The notes: generated from the sequence alone by a model not told the origin. DNA of 64,000 nt from the human T2T-CHM13v2.0 reference genome, Homo sapiens (GCF_009914755.1 NC_060926.1); one strand, 5' to 3'. Counted from the stretch's first letter, positions 12,199 through 27,720 are shown. Numbers and translations: made by a program.

Positions 12199-15100
12199 CT
12201 GGAGAATCACAGACAAAGCACAAGGTGAGGATTTCCTACAAGTGTCCAGGTGGTCCGGTCAGACCGACACAGGCGCTGGGCCCTGCAGTGGAGGGGCTGG
12301 ATGCCATGGGCCAGAAAAGACCAGGCCAGAGGGACCAGGGAAGTCCTGGAGGGGGCCACCCAGAGCAGTCCAGGCAGGTGGAGCTGAAGTCTTTCTGAAA
12401 TCTCTAACAGATGGTCACACGGCCAAGGGAAGGACAGGTCCTCCATCCCAGGGGAGAAAAGCAGGCCAGCGAAGGTGGTTGAGAAGCAGGTTTCCCCAAT
12501 GACAGAGTGGTAAGGCCCCCGCTACTGTGGGCAGCTGTGCCCTGTGTTCAAGAAATGACCACTGTCAGGAGGAGCAGGCGGCTGCCAGGACTGGGCACCA
12601 GCTGCCAGACAACCCCAGCTCTTAGACGCCTTCAGGCCTTGAGTCTGCCATGCGGTCACAGGCCAGAGATCACACTCCCATTCGGAAGGTAGAGACAGCT
12701 GCCTGGTCTCAGGGTCTCAGCACTTGGGGGCCAGGCTCAGAGAACCACACTCCACAGCCACTCAGAAATGGGGATGGACCTGGTCTTGAGCCACAAACCT
12801 CAGGGCTAGGACTCAGGAGGGCAGAAAGCAGCTTTGGTAAGTGCCTTATTGTTTCCTTTGCATGGTAAAACCACCATTGTTCTAGTTAACACTTGGGTTC
12901 TGTGGAGCAGCCCCCCTCTTTCAGGAAGCCTCTCTGGGACTTGCCCACCTCCCCGGCTCCGACTCTGCCACCCCAGGTCCCATTACAGTGCACTTGCCGA
13001 CTGGCTGAGGAGGTCCTGCTCTGGGCCAGACCCTGCTGTAAGAAACCAGGACGGGGCAGGATGGAAGCTTCTGGGGTGTAGGAGTACTTTAGTTTTGATC
13101 CAGGCGGTAGTTACGGGCTGGATAAGTAAACACGCATGGAGCTGAATGCTCAGGATCTGTGTACGTCACTGTAAGTGATACCGCCAGTAAGTAAACACAC
13201 TTGATTTTACTTTAATAATTACTTTAACAGGCATTCAATCCCTGCTGATGATGTCTATTAGCCATTTTAAGGTTCCTGAAAATAATGAGAATATGCTCTT
13301 TACTGGAAACTGAAATTCCGTGTGCCTGTCCGCCTGGCGGGCAGTTCCACTGGACTGAGGTCACTATGTGAGGTCACCATCTGAGCTCATGTTGGTAACA
13401 CGCTGCGGCAAAACTGCACCGAGAGGCTGGCCTACACAATGATACAGATTAACCAATGGCAGATAAAAATAGCAGAATGGCCCTGGGTGCTGGAGGGGCA
13501 GGTCCCCGCAAGGTGACCATTCCCACAGTCTGGAGTCTGAGGTCTGGCAGAATCCCAGGCACCCAGCCGAGGCGAGAAGAAACTATGAAAGCCAGGAAGG
13601 CTCCCTGCTGGAAGGTTCCCTGCTGGAAGGCTGCAGGACAGAGCATCCTCTGAGCTCAGAGCCCAGTCCCAGGGGAAGGATCTCTGCAGGGCTCGTTTGT
13701 TGGATGAGGAAACAGTGGTCCAGAGAAGCTGAGTGTCTGCCCAAGGCCACACAGCAGGGAAGGGACAGGCAGGCTGGGTCTAGATTGAGGATGGTCATAC
13801 TCATGGTCCTATCCTCTTGTCCCCTCCAAATGTCCCATGAGGAAGGTGATATAGGATGGCGCAGGGATAACAGGATTGATCCTGCTGTTCTCTGGGGAGA
13901 AAGTGGCATGTTTCAAGGGTAGTGATGGGGAGCAGAGACGCAGTGGCAGGGACTGCTCCAAGAAGGCCCATCTGCCTGGTCCTGTGCTTTCTCCACCCAG
14001 CTCAGGCCATGAGGGACCTCCTCTGCTGTGCACCACCCTCAGGCCCTGCTTGTGGTGCTGGAGGTGAGGTGGAGGGAGCCTCGATTCTCCACCCTAAGGG
14101 CAAGTGCTTTCCAGAAATCTTCAGCTTCTGCTCCTCTGAGACCTGGAGGAGCCAGGGCTCGCCTGCTCTTACTCAGACATTCTCCCCTTTATTCTTACCA
14201 ATCAGGCAGAGCCAGCTCGGCTCTCATGACTCCTAGGAAGTGGGTACCAAACAAGGGCCATGGCCTCCTGGGGCAGACAGCAAAGCTGACCCCAGCCAAG
14301 ACCCACTGAGTCGGAAACCCCAAGCAGGCCCAGGAGGCTGTGTTCAGTCTCCTGTGGAATTCCACGGTCAGCCAGGCTCGCAGCCACTGTTCTGCCCGAT
14401 GCTTCTCTCCCCTTCATTCCCCATCTCTGCCGCCCTTTGCGTGGCCCTTGCTCCTGGCCCCAGCAGGCACTGCGGTGGGGAAGGGTGGAGAGCCACCCCG
14501 GCCCCTACCCAGGTGGCAGCTCTCAGGGAGGGCAGGTCTGAGGCTGCTCTGCAGCCTCCCCCAGCAGCAGCTCCATGCCACACCCCACACTGTCTGCTCA
14601 GAAACAAGCAGGCCCTCCCTGGCTCCTGGGGATTGAACTTGCATGTAACCAGCCACGGGCCCCTCGGGGCAGGGGAGCAAGAGGCTTTGCATTGACCAGA
14701 AATCAGAGGGCGCAGAGAGGGAAGCGAGCCATCTGAGGAACAAAGGAAGCGAGAGAGAACAGGCGCGAGGAGGTCTCTCTGGAGAAGCCGTGGTGCCCCT
14801 TCCTACGCCTGCACCTGGTCTGGACAGCACACAAGAGGCCTAACTTTCCTTCCATGTGAGTTTTCTCCTCCAACTGGATCATGTCCTTGTTTTTCTCCCT
14901 AGAGACATGTTTGCCCTTTTGTTGTCCTGAACTGAAATAAAGTGGATCTACAGCACACGCGGGCGGCTCCGGCAGGCATGGTCTGTACCCTACCCCCACC
15001 CACCCATGCTGCCTGGGCTGCCTTCTCTACCTCCCCAACTCTCTAGACCCATCTTCAGGGGAATCAAGGAAGAAGCAGGAAATATGGAGTTTTGGTGCCT

Positions 15101-15613
15101 AAAAGCCCCAGGGTCCTATCCTGAGCGGCCCAAAACTTTCAGCCTCTGGGGGCTTAGTAATGTGCCTGGTCCATAACAGATGCCTTGATAAACTCTGGAT
15201 GAGAGGATGCGCGATGGATGGAGGGGAGGAGGGATGGACAGGTGGAGGACAGGTAGGCAGGGAGCAGGGTGCCAGCACATCTCCATCTCAGGATTCTGTT
15301 AATCCCCAAGGCGGGAGGGGCAGGGAGGGAAGAGGGATAGGCTCCCAACCCCAGTCTCAGACAGCGCCCTATGTGCGAAAGCCCCTCCTCCAAAGATCTC
15401 CTGGCCGACTCCACTGGGCTTGCCACCAGGCCCTCAGCCACTCTATGAGCAACTCATTCCTTCCCTCGTGGGCACCTTTGATGGCGAGCACTCACTGAGA
15501 ACCTCCCACCTGCAAGAACCTGTGCTGGGGACGAGGGAACAAAGATGAGGACGAGCCGCCGCTGTCCCCAGAAGCTCATGGCAGAGCAGGGTCACATAGA
15601 AACTGATCATTAT

Positions 15614-16033
<420 letters not shown>

Positions 16034-17561
16034 TCAGGGAGGACTTCTTGGAGGAGGTGATGTGGAGACAGGAAGTGAACTTGGTGGAATGGAGTTAAAT
16101 AGCATCTTGGGTACAGGACCTGAGAGTCACACTGTGAGGGTCTGCAGCGGGCGTGACTAGGACATAACTGGGAACCCAGATTCCTCTTGGTGAAAGGGGA
16201 CCCCTTAGGTTTGCAGCAGACGTAGTGCCATGAGGGAACAGGCTGAGAGTCAGTTCTTTCCAGGGAAGCTTTGCTCATGGTCCATAGAAGAAATGACCAG
16301 AGCCTGGACTAGGAGAGCAGCGGTGGTGCGAGGGGAAGACAGGCTAGGGGGAACTTCAGAAGGCAAACGTGCTTATACATCTGGACAGTTAAGGTGATCG
16401 GCTGACAGAAGGGAATTGTCTAAGGTGATGACAGGTTTCTGATCTCAGTGAGGGGGTCAGTAATTCCATGAGAGGTGCGTCACTCAGTCTCTGAGCCATT
16501 TCTTCACCCTTCTCCTAGCACAAACACCTCAGGGTTGTCATGAACATGGAGTCGGGTCAGGTCGCACACATGGGCTATCACTCGGGGGCCCCCTCAATCC
16601 TCTCCTCCCTGGTCCTCCTCCTCCTCCATTCCTATATCAGCATCCACCCAGCTGTCTGCAGGTGCAGGGCCTGGCTCTGCAGTGCCCGCCCTCCAGCCCG
16701 CCCTCTGCACTGACAGGAGACAAAGCCCCTCACTGACATGGAGGAAGGGTGCCCTCTTCTCCCTTCATTGGAAGGACAGCTGGTCATGATTAGAATCTTG
16801 TCACCAGGGATGGGGCAAAAGGGGCTTCAAAGAGAGGTCTGCAGGGAATAGGACTGGAACTGCAGCTCCTGGCTTCCTGGTGAGCACAGGGTTCATTGGA
16901 ACTAGTGCAGGCCATGAGGGCCACCAAAACATGAGTTGGGCCCACAGAGGTTGCATGAGGTAGGTGGGGTGCTCCTGGATGGATTGCAGGCATGTGCTGG
17001 CATGTTCTTGTTGCATGCACATGTGTGCATGGACAGACACCCGCTTTCCTGCTGTGTATTCCTGACGGCAGACAGACGCGCAGACCAGGCCATGTTCTGC
17101 AGGCGGGCGTGCAGCATACGGGGTGAGAGGCGGCAGCTGCCGCGGCTGACAGCTCCAATGCTCAGACAGGCTGAGCAGCAGCCTGGCTCCCTGTGGCTCA
17201 GGCAGTTCTGGTGACAGTGATTGACACATAAGAGCATCCACCACTCTGGCCACCCAGGGGGCCTGTGGCACCATTCCCAGATGTGCCCACCCACACAGCA
17301 GACCACCAATGGGCACCAGCTGCTCAGCACCGGGTGTACATGCATGGCAGAGGCATCTCCTAGACACAGCCAGCTTAACTGGGTCTGAACAGAAGACTGC
17401 TGATCTTTCCACAACTGAGACACATGGACAGCATGAGTCTTCAAAGCCAGGGTGCAGCTTAACCAAATACGGAAATCCACCTCCTTGCCAATGATGCAAA
17501 CTGCGTGCTTTAAACTAATGCACTTTTCATACTTTATTCTTAAATTCAGCTGTTTGGTGTC

Positions 17562-17874
17562 TTTTTGTTTTTTGGGTTTTTGTTTGTTTTTTTGAGACAG
17601 GGTCTCTGTCACCTAGGCTGGGGTGCAGTGGCATGATCACAGCCCACTGCAGCCTCGACCTCCTGGGCTCAAGTGATCCTCTCACCTCAGCCACCCTAGT
17701 AATTGGGACACAGGCACACACCATAACACGTGGCTAATTAAAAAATAATTTTTTTGTCGAGATGGAGTCTCGCTATGTTGCCCAGGCTGATCTCAAGCTC
17801 CTGGGCTCAAGTGGTCTTCCCGCCTTGACCTCTCAAAGTCCTGGGATTATAGGCAAGAGCCACTGTGCCTGGCT
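17562..17874 (-). mobile_element. AluJ-type element
   Basis: Antisense dimeric Alu; 'gggctcaagtgatcctc' J-type features; degenerate (T/G) tail. Confidence 0.93.
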
Positions 17875-18485
17875 GGTTTTATTTTTTCAATGAGAAAATT
17901 CTCAGAGTACCAATAAATGGACTTCTGAAATTCACACCAGGACAATGTTATTTGCAACAGCAATGGGCTTCCTTGGAGAAGCAATCACAAGAGTGAGAAT
18001 CACCTGAGGACAGGCACTAACCCTGGGAGTCCAAGCCAGCCTCACTGGACAGGGGCTTCAGAGAAGGCCAGGATGGAAAAACGAGCAGAGTCACAAAAGC
18101 TGTGCTCCGGGCAGAGAGAAGAGCCCATGAAAATGCCAAGGTGTGCAGAGCCTGGCATAGTGAAAGTGCCCAATAGCTGGGCAGCAGGTGCATGGAGGGA
18201 GGGTCTGTGGGAATTGTTGGCCACTTCCAGTGGGGCCTGGGGAGATTCTGGCCTTTGCTGAGAGAGGAGCAGCAGAGGGGGATGTAGGAGAACTTGTATA
18301 GGATCTGGACCAGTCACTCAACTTCCCCAACCATGTTTCCTTACTGGAGGTCAAAGGGAAGAAGGAGGCAAATGACACAGAAATGCTTCGCAAGCTGCCA
18401 AGTGGGTCCTGGATGCAAGTCAGCGCAGGGCCGTGGCAGAGGTCTGGGGTCCTGGGAGCTGCCTGGTGATGTCTAGGCTCACTTA

Positions 18486-18860
<375 letters not shown>

Positions 18861-20807
18861 GGCCAGCCAGGGAGGTCACCATGAACGTTTATCATTTGCT
18901 ATGGTCCCCAGAGTCACATTCCAAGGACCTGTTTCTCAACAGCCAGAGCCCACTCTCCTGGCCACTGAGCCCTATCTTGAGGGGCCAGGACTCAGTGACA
19001 ATCCCACCTGAGCTTGTGGGTGATGCCATTTTTCCTTCTCCACAATGGGGCCAGAGACTGCCCCTCACCCATCCTGGCTCCTGCACCACCAGGGAACCAC
19101 GTGGGTCCCAGCTGCAGGTCTCTGCAGCCTACATTCTACAGCAAGCGCCCAGTACCCCCAAGAGCCTGAATACACAAAGGGACAATGGCCAGGCCACATG
19201 TAAAGGTGGAACTCTGACCCACAGTCTGCAGTAACCTGCCCAGGAAGCCAGACCACAGCCTCTGCAGCAGTCAGCCCCAAATGGCCAAGATTTGATCAAT
19301 AACTGCCAGCTTTCCTAAATTTTTCCCCATTTCCAGTTTAGTAGGACCATCCAGAGAAAGCCAAACATGCCCCACTTCCTGCTCACAGAGGACAAAGGAT
19401 GCCCCACTTCTCATTGGCTGCTTCTGGATTCCCCATGCCAATAACCTCCAATCAGCGTGTATCTGAGCCTTCCCTTTCATCTGCTTCAAAGTGTCCCACT
19501 CCCCTGCCTCTCTTTGCATCTTTGCCAAATGCAGGTGATGGTGGCCGACACCTCCCTGGTCGCAGTAAGCTCTGAGTAAACAACCATTGCTGGTTCTCAC
19601 ATGGGCGCTCCTATGCCCCTGATCCACTCCAAATGGTGACACGACCAGCAGACAGCTAGCTGTCCTTGCAGTGGGGAATGCCCATCACCCATGTCATCAA
19701 AAACCGAGAGTGAACAGGTGAGGGCTGAGAAGTCAGTCCCCTGGCACAAGTGTTGGACATGGCCTGGGGAAAAAGGGAAAAGTCCTGGGCCAGCAGTCAG
19801 GAGACCCCCAGCTCTTGCTCTCATGCCCTCCTGTGTGATCCTGGGAAGGTTCCTCAGTCGTAACAACAGAGCCTGGATCTGATCTGCAGTCCTCAGAGCG
19901 TAAAGGCTCTGTCATCCTAAGAGTGTTGTTACTTGCCAGAACTTGCCACAACGGGTCCTGGGGGAGCCTGAGGCGGGAAAATGGCAAGTGTGACCTCCCA
20001 GATTTCTATCTCTCAAGGAACCAAGCAACCACTGAATCCCACTAAGGATTCAGGTAAGCAGGCTCCTTCCTCCAGGGCCAGGGGCTGCCCCACCTCCAGA
20101 ATCGCCTGCTCTAGGAAGCTGTAACAGGTGACAGGTGTACCGGCGCTCCTGGAGGGAGGTAAAGTCATAGTGTGCACATCACAGTGACTGATATTTGCAT
20201 AACAACTATAGGAAGTGGAAAAGCTGCCTTTTATATTCATATTTCAACTGTTGGTTAAATACACAAAGACCTCTTTAGAGCAAAGTGAATCTGAAATAGT
20301 GATAACATTTTACAAAGGAACTTTCCTGTAGTGCTCCATCTCATTTTATCCTTTCAGCCACTGGGCCTCTACTTTACCCCTACTCTACAAAGAAAGAAAC
20401 AGGCTTGGAGAAGTACAGCAACGCACTCAGCGTCCGCCAGCTGAGTGGCAGAAAGGGGATTTGAACCTGGGACTGCCCATCTTTAACCCTGCTCTGGGGG
20501 TAGCCACACATCCTGGGGGTTTCCAGCTGCCCCACTCACTGTCAAACCATACTCTAAGGGGCCCTCGCCTTCTGCAAAGCTGCCCAGGGCTACCCCAGGA
20601 AGTGGGGCTGAGGCTGGAGGGACAAAGATCCAGTCCTCACTTGTCCCAACCAGGGGAAATCCTACTTCAGCCTGTTTTATGTACTGGGATTCTGGATGAT
20701 ATTTCTCTTGAGCCAAAGGTTTTGCTACTGAATTTAAAAAGCAGAAACCACTGGTACATCTGTTGTTCCTAACAGCCCATTCATTCAGGCAGGACTTTGT
20801 GCAGTAA

Positions 20808-21127
<320 letters not shown>

Positions 21128-21589
21128 ACGGCAGTAATCTGGATGGGGAAATGCAGTTGGCATGCACACTGTGCTGCTGTGATCACTGTGACAGCCTGGG
21201 TGGAGTGCCGCCTGCGTGACGCTGCAGGGCAGCTGTGGCACCTGCCTCCTCCTTTCCTTATGGCTTTGGGTCCCCAGCCAGGCCAGGGCTAAGTGCTGCA
21301 CAGGTGCAGGGTGAGGTCGGGCCCAGCCATCCTGGCTCGTGGCCCCCACATGAACCCCAGGATGGCACAGCAGAGAACTCGTCCAGCAGGTGGGTCAGCA
21401 GACGAGGGAAAGCCCAGCCCGAGCAGGAGTTGCTGGGGAGCAGACAGTACCGGAAGTGCCTTCTGGACACGCCCTGTCCTCAGCCCCCTGTGGGCGGCAG
21501 ACTGTGGTGACGGCTGACCTGCCACTCTCCACACCTGTTTCCTTTCTGGCATTTCCAACACTTTAACAGAATTTGGTTTCTGGGAATTC

Positions 21590-21700
21590 TCAAACAGGAG
21601 CTTGCGGAAGAACCAACTCAAGAGCTTGTTAAAACACAGATTCTGGGGGCCCTACCCAGATCTGAGGGGGGCCTGGAATCTCTATCTCTGCCAAGCTTTC
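21590..21700. mobile_element. MER5-like DNA transposon fragment
   Basis: 'gagcttgttaaaacacagattctgggggcccta' resembles MER5A. Confidence 0.5.
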
Positions 21701-23869
21701 AGTGGCCCAGAATCCCTAGGTGGTCTCTGCTGCACTGGTGGCATCAGGGGAGCCCTGGGTGCCCAGGCTCAGGCTGGAATGAACAAAGAGGTGCCAGGCC
21801 CATGCGCAGTGGTCGGGATATTTAGCAAGAGGCACCCTCGGGGAAGCAGCTCCAGGGCACCTCAGGAGGTGGGACTGAGGCCCTGCTGTCCCCACAGAGC
21901 TCCCCTCCACGGCTCACCTTAAGGGACTGTCTTGCTGCTAAATCTTGGGTTAGCAAATCTGGGAGCACCTGGCAATGTGCCAGGAGCATTCAAAACCACA
22001 GAATCATTCCAGAGAAGTGATTTCATCCAAATATAGAGTAAGATATTATTTTTATACTAAAATACATGTGGTTGTTTTATGAAAGATGAAGCAAAATCCA
22101 TATTAAAAAACAACCATAAAACGTGGCATTCCAGAGAAACATCCAGCTTCACCACGGAGGCCACAGCACGGGGACCCGGGTGTGGGCTCCCCCTTCCAGG
22201 GAGTCTGGGAAGACCAGCTTTGCAGGCAGGTGCATTTGTTCATACAGGAGCCAGCCTGTCCCAAGGACGCTGTGAGTCCTCAGGGACCCAGGGCCTGGAG
22301 GGGGTCCCTGTGTGCAAAAGAAGAGGTGGGAGGAGTGGGCCCTGAGGGCGGGGGTGGGCAGGGCTTAGAAAAGCAGAGGGGCCTCCCAACAGAGGGGCTT
22401 CAGCCCTTAGAGAACCTTTTACTGGAATGGTACCCCAAAGCCCCCAGAAGCAGCTTCAGGGACCTTGCTCTGGGGCACGTATATAGGGGAAGGCTCCATA
22501 GAATAAAAGCTTTGTATATGTAGAAGTTCCTCAGGTTATTGCCTGTAATAGCAAAAACCTACAGAAAACCCCGCCACGCCCACAAGCAAGGGCCTGGTAA
22601 TGCCACTTACAGCCCATCGAGCTGAGAAACCAGCAGAGGAAGGAGGGAGAGTGCAGCTATTGATCTGGAAGGACCTAGAACATGTAAGCTGGAAAAAAGC
22701 AAATTCCAGAACGGCACACAAGACAATCTCATTTTGGCAGTAAGATGTGAATATTCAAAGGTGCATTCAGAAATTCACAGGGAAAGGACTTTTATCTGTG
22801 TTTGCAATTTTTCTATACTAATTGTGTGTTATTTGAGTCACAATGAAAAAGGTTTCCCGCAGAGGATTTCCAGCATAAGGCAGAACTATTAGGGTAGAAT
22901 GTCAATTTTCTCAGCACCGTGACATTCTAAAATAGAAACTTAAATACAAAACAGGGGCGACATGGAGCAGCAATCGGGACAGACCATAGGGTGGAAAAGC
23001 AGAGTACGAAAAGGCACGTGCATTGTGCCTGCGGTTGCATGGATGCTGCTGGGACGGGGTCAGAAGAGAGCCCCAGCAGATGGAGAGAGCGGTGGTGTTG
23101 GGATGGGCCGAGGTGAGGGCTTTTTCTATCTTTAATTGCTCTCTAATGGTGTAATAACGCTCTCTTGTCCCTAATCAAAACCAGGTTTAAAAGACAAAGA
23201 AAAGCCAGGCCGGCCTGGGCTCCGGCTTTGTGCTGGCGACTCCCACCCTCCCAGCAGCCCTGCCGTGGAGCAGCCCTTCAGCAGAGCAGCAGCGCCTCGC
23301 CGCGGCCACGGCGGGGAAGGACCGAGGCTGGTTGCATGGAAATGGTGGCCGCTCCAGGAGAGCCCAGAGCTAAGCCCAGACATGGGGCAGGGCAAGCTGG
23401 GAAACGGGTGCCGCTGCATCTGCACAGGAACCAAGCGCACGGGAGGGAGAGGGGTGCACAAACAGCCTCCCGAGAAGAACAGAAAGTCCCCCACCAAAGG
23501 GCAGGTGGGTGGCACCAAGAGAGATCAACAAGCCCACCTGGGTGTCTGTGAAAGGCCGAGGTGGAAACCCAACTTCAAGGTACGGCTCTGCCACACACAC
23601 AGCTCTGGAACACACACGGCTCTGGCCAAGATCCTGCTCAACTCCTTCCTCGATTTTACCATCTGTGAAAGGGGGATAATCCTGGGGCCCTGCCCACCTC
23701 CCAGGCTGATAAAGACTGGACTGGAGATGGCGTGGGGTCCTGGCTCTGCCATCTGCAGGCTGCAGGAACGTGGACGAACCACCTGACCCTGAACTTGAGT
23801 TTCCCACCACACAGAAGAGGCTGATGCCAGTGCAGGCCTCCAGGGCTCCGTTTCTTGACCTGTGCCCAC

Positions 23870-24081
23870 AGTGGATCCTGAAAGCAGTTTGGCGAGTCAT
23901 GACCTTTCCAAACGTTGAAATAGAATAGAAAATATCCCAGTACAATACACTTAGTAAGGTTTTGTATGAGTTCTGGGAACTTTTGCTTCAGTTTTATGGG
24001 ATGTTTATACATGTGTGTCCTGGGTCATGGCGTACCATATAGTTTTTACTATGGGTTGTAGCAAGTAGTTTCAGAAATGCT
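23870..24081 (-). mobile_element. Probable hAT-Charlie-type non-autonomous DNA transposon
   Basis: AT-rich block ending 'ttactatgggttg...agtttcagaaatgctg', resembling a CAGTGNTTCTCAAACT terminus. Family from memory. Confidence 0.4.
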
Positions 24082-25739
24082 GTCTTACAGATATAATGAG
24101 ATCATGCAAGCAAATGCTAACTTAGTTCCCAGCATTTCATAAACTCTCAAAAAATTTACTTATTATTCCTGACAGAGGTGATAACGTTGATTCATCAGCA
24201 CCTTGTCACACCGGTCCTTAAAAAGAAACCCCAGCAGGGGAGGGTCTTAAGCCGGCAGGATTACTCTTAGGTGCTAAGCTTTCCCAGGATTCAGGGGTGA
24301 GGGCCCCAGAGTACAGAGCTGGGGAGGGGGCTGGCCCCCCCCCCCCGCCCCGCCAAGGGGTCCCAGGATAGCTGACACATCTCCCCTGACAATCTGCTAA
24401 TGAAGTAAGTAGGAAGTTCAAGGCAGCACTTGCCAGCCACAAAGAACATTTTCCTACCCAAAAAAGGAGCCGCTCTGCTAAGTGTGTTCTTCAGCCAAAG
24501 GTTGGCACAGACCACCAAAGTCCATCTCGGTTTGGCACTACGTGTGGTTACTCAGAACAACAGAGAATGTGAGTTCAAACAAAGCCTCACCCTTACCAAA
24601 ATAAAGCCCAAGAAAGGCCTGCCGCGTTGGGCCAGGCTGATAAGGAGTGACTATTACAGGCTTGTCCCCACATCACCCACTACTCTGGCTGCCTCTCCCT
24701 CAGGGCCGCTGACCCCACTCAGGGACAAGGCCAGCCACGGAGGGCCAGGAGGAGCGACTGCAGGGCACTTGCTGTGCCCAGGTGCCGCAGGACCCCAGAT
24801 CTCAGGCCTGTTTCTGCTGCAGCTCCCTGAGCGCCGCGTACCCTTTCCCAGTGCAAATCCTCACCCCTGGACGCTGGTCTCATGGCCACCCTGCAGCCCA
24901 CCCTCCCATAACCCTCCCCACGAAGAAGGCCTTTCCAGAGTGGGCTGTGATTTTAGGAGAGAATTCTACATGCTGATGAAGTTGAACTTGCTTCTGCCTA
25001 ATTTCTACTGGGCTCTAATTCCTTTCTGCGGCAGGACCTACACTCATCTGGCGCCCGAGGGCTTTGGTAAACGGCTAAGAGACATTCGTTGTGGTAGAGA
25101 GCGGGGAGGACAGCACCCCTGGCCTGGTCTGATTCCACTGAAAGATGGGGCCATGATGGTAGCTGATTGCTAAATTTACATAACTCAGTTCATCGTCACA
25201 GGAGCCCTAAGAGGTTGATACGACCATGAGTCCATTTTCACTGAGGAAAACCGAAGAAAAGAGATTGTAAATGGCCAGAGATGTATGGCTGGTGAATGGC
25301 CCTGTGTGGAGGCAGGGCCAAGGTGAATGCTCCTGCTATGCAGATGATGCAGCCCAGAGAGCCGCAGCCACCTCTGCGAGTCCCACAGCTGGAAGGAGCA
25401 CCCAGTCCTCCCACACTAGCCGGACAGGCCCGCAGCCTGCACTACTGAGCTGTCACGGAGGACTCTACCAAGCCCCAGTGCGGAGCCACAAGTGGAGGAC
25501 ATCCTGTGACCCGAGAAGGGAGGCGACACCTAAGCCCAGTCCCAGAGACATGCACACCACCAAGGGCACGCAGAGAGCTACTTCCCCCAACACACCAGGC
25601 CAAGGCCTCGTGGCCCAGATCCCTGCGAGGGGGCGACCTGGGATGCTCAGGGCTTTTCTCAGATTCCAGGGAAGGGGGACGTCATCTCCAGAAAGCCTGG
25701 AATACACCAAAGGGGCCCTCTCAACAACAGGAGACCAAC

Positions 25740-25956
25740 CGCATAATGCCCAGAGGGTCCAGCGCCTCCTCCTCCTCCAAGGATTCCTCAGCATCCTCGC
25801 CCTTCAGGCTCTGGACGGGCGGACCCTCTTCTGCCACTTGGTCTTGCTCCTCAAAAAAGTCGAAAGCCTCTTCATCATTCCCTGTCTGACTGTCTGTGCC
25901 ATCCAGGACAGAGGAATCTCTGCTGGTGAGCCCTGCAGCCCCTGGGGATCTGGTAC
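25740..25956 (-). CDS. HS1BP3: HS1BP3 coding exon 4 (GTRSPGAAG...EEAFDFFEEQ...LDPLGIMR), acidic region
   Basis: Acceptor acag| and donor CG|GTTGGT. 217 nt, in phase; translation lies within ORF 25721..26083. Confidence 0.94.
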
Positions 25957-27589
25957 CTGTGGAGGAAGACAGAAAAGAATGGACTTGGTAACCACCCCAG
26001 AGCCAGGGGAGGCATCTTGCCACACTGCACCCTCCCATGCCAGGATCTGAGGCCGAGGGCTTCCTGCAGCCTCCTGGGACCAAACTCGTCCCTCCTGGGA
26101 CCTGAGCAGGATGGCGAGTCTGGGTGGATGGAAGGTGACCTCCGTTTCGGGGGCAGCCAAGTGCCTGCTGCAGCCCCCCAAGGGCTGACGGGCACCAAGG
26201 AAGCCTGGAGTGGAGTGGTCACAAGTGGGAGCTTCAGAGCAAGACAGGGGCAGCGGTTCCTGAACCCAAGGCCCAGAGCCTGTGTGCGCCGCAGGGATGG
26301 CTGCACCCTCCTCCCGGGTGAGCGGTGGGATACAACAGCCAGGGCACAGGGTGATTCAAAAAGAACCAGTACAGCCAGAACCATTTACAGTTGGAGGCAC
26401 GGCAAGGAACTCTGCAGACAGAGACCTGCCCCGAGAGTCTGGGCACCTGGACTGTGGACTGGATGGGTGCCCAGGGTAAGCATGTGGAAGATTCCAGAAC
26501 AAACGGTAATCACTCCATTACAAACTGGCTTAGATGAGCGCTTCTTGAAGTGTGGTCTTCAGACAGAGAATGCCCCCTGTGTGACCACAATGAGGTAAGT
26601 AGAGAAAGGGAGAGCAAGCATCCAGAAACTTCATAGCATGCTGCCATCATCACAATACCCAAGTGTGCTTTTGTATTTGTGAAAGTATCCATCTGTGACA
26701 GGCTGGGAATAAAAGAGCTAGCCCTTGCCACAGATAGTTTGAGAAGCGTGGGCTCAGACTATTTGTTCATTTCTATCCAAGTGCTTACTGGGTAGTTTAA
26801 AACAACTGACTTTTAATAAAATCACCTTGTAGGTAAAGAACTTAGAGAGTGTCTGGCATACAGGATGCACTGAGTGATAATGACGATATCGTATTATGTG
26901 ATGCTCTGTTATTTTACTTGGACAAATGTGAAAAGCCATTCAAAATCTCCCAAACCTTCAATTTCATGTCATAAGCATCTTACATTTAAACATCACAAAA
27001 GCCCTATGAGAGAGATCCCTACTGTACATCCATCTTGCAGATGAGCAAAGTGAGGCATAGAGCAGCTTGTGTTTCTATCCTGCCTCTCCACCAGAGAGGG
27101 GCTGGGACATCCTGAGCATCTCTTCCAGCGATGGCTGAGCTGGAACCTCTTGGCACAGTCTACCCAGCCCCAGAGACAGGCAAGGAAGGAAGGGTTGTGA
27201 CCTTGGAACAACAAGGGCAGAAGAGAACCCAGACCCATGTGAGGGGCCCAACATGGCCACAGGACACCGGGGCTGTGCAGCTTGTCCAGTCCTAGGCCTG
27301 CGCATTCACCAGTTTTGCTTCTCTTCCCCACCTTTCACTTTAAATAATTTGTTTTATTTACGGTCAACTTTCTTTTGAAAACTTCCCTTCTGTCTTGTGG
27401 AACTAGGAGATCCACAGTAGCTGGGAAGGAGTTAAGCAGACGGATGTAAAGAGGGGAGAAGGGGTGGGAGTCCGGCACCAGCAGTGGTGAGAACCTGCCT
27501 TGTCCTGGGGGCATCTGTGAGACCAGGGCCTGCCCCACGGGGGTTCTGGGTTGACAGGACTAACCGAGGAGTGGGGTAAAATTGTAGCC

Positions 27590-27720
27590 ACTATTTACTG
27601 TGGTTGTTTCTGTTCTAAGGACTTTGCATGTGTTAGCTCTGTAAATTCTCATAACGGCCTATCAGCCAGGCTACTCCCACCTTACAGATGAGAAAACTGA
27701 GGAGAGAAGACAGGGCCAGG
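27590..27720 (-). mobile_element. MIR
   Basis: 'ttacagatgagaaaactgagg' core. Confidence 0.7.

Noticed and set aside
13601-13631. 15-bp direct repeat TCCCTGCTGGAAGG
   Set aside because: Only two adjacent copies; ordinary slippage.
16790-17612. Overlapping 232- and 236-aa ORFs
   Set aside because: No recognisable domain or supported splice structure; one begins inside an Alu tail. Chance intronic ORFs.
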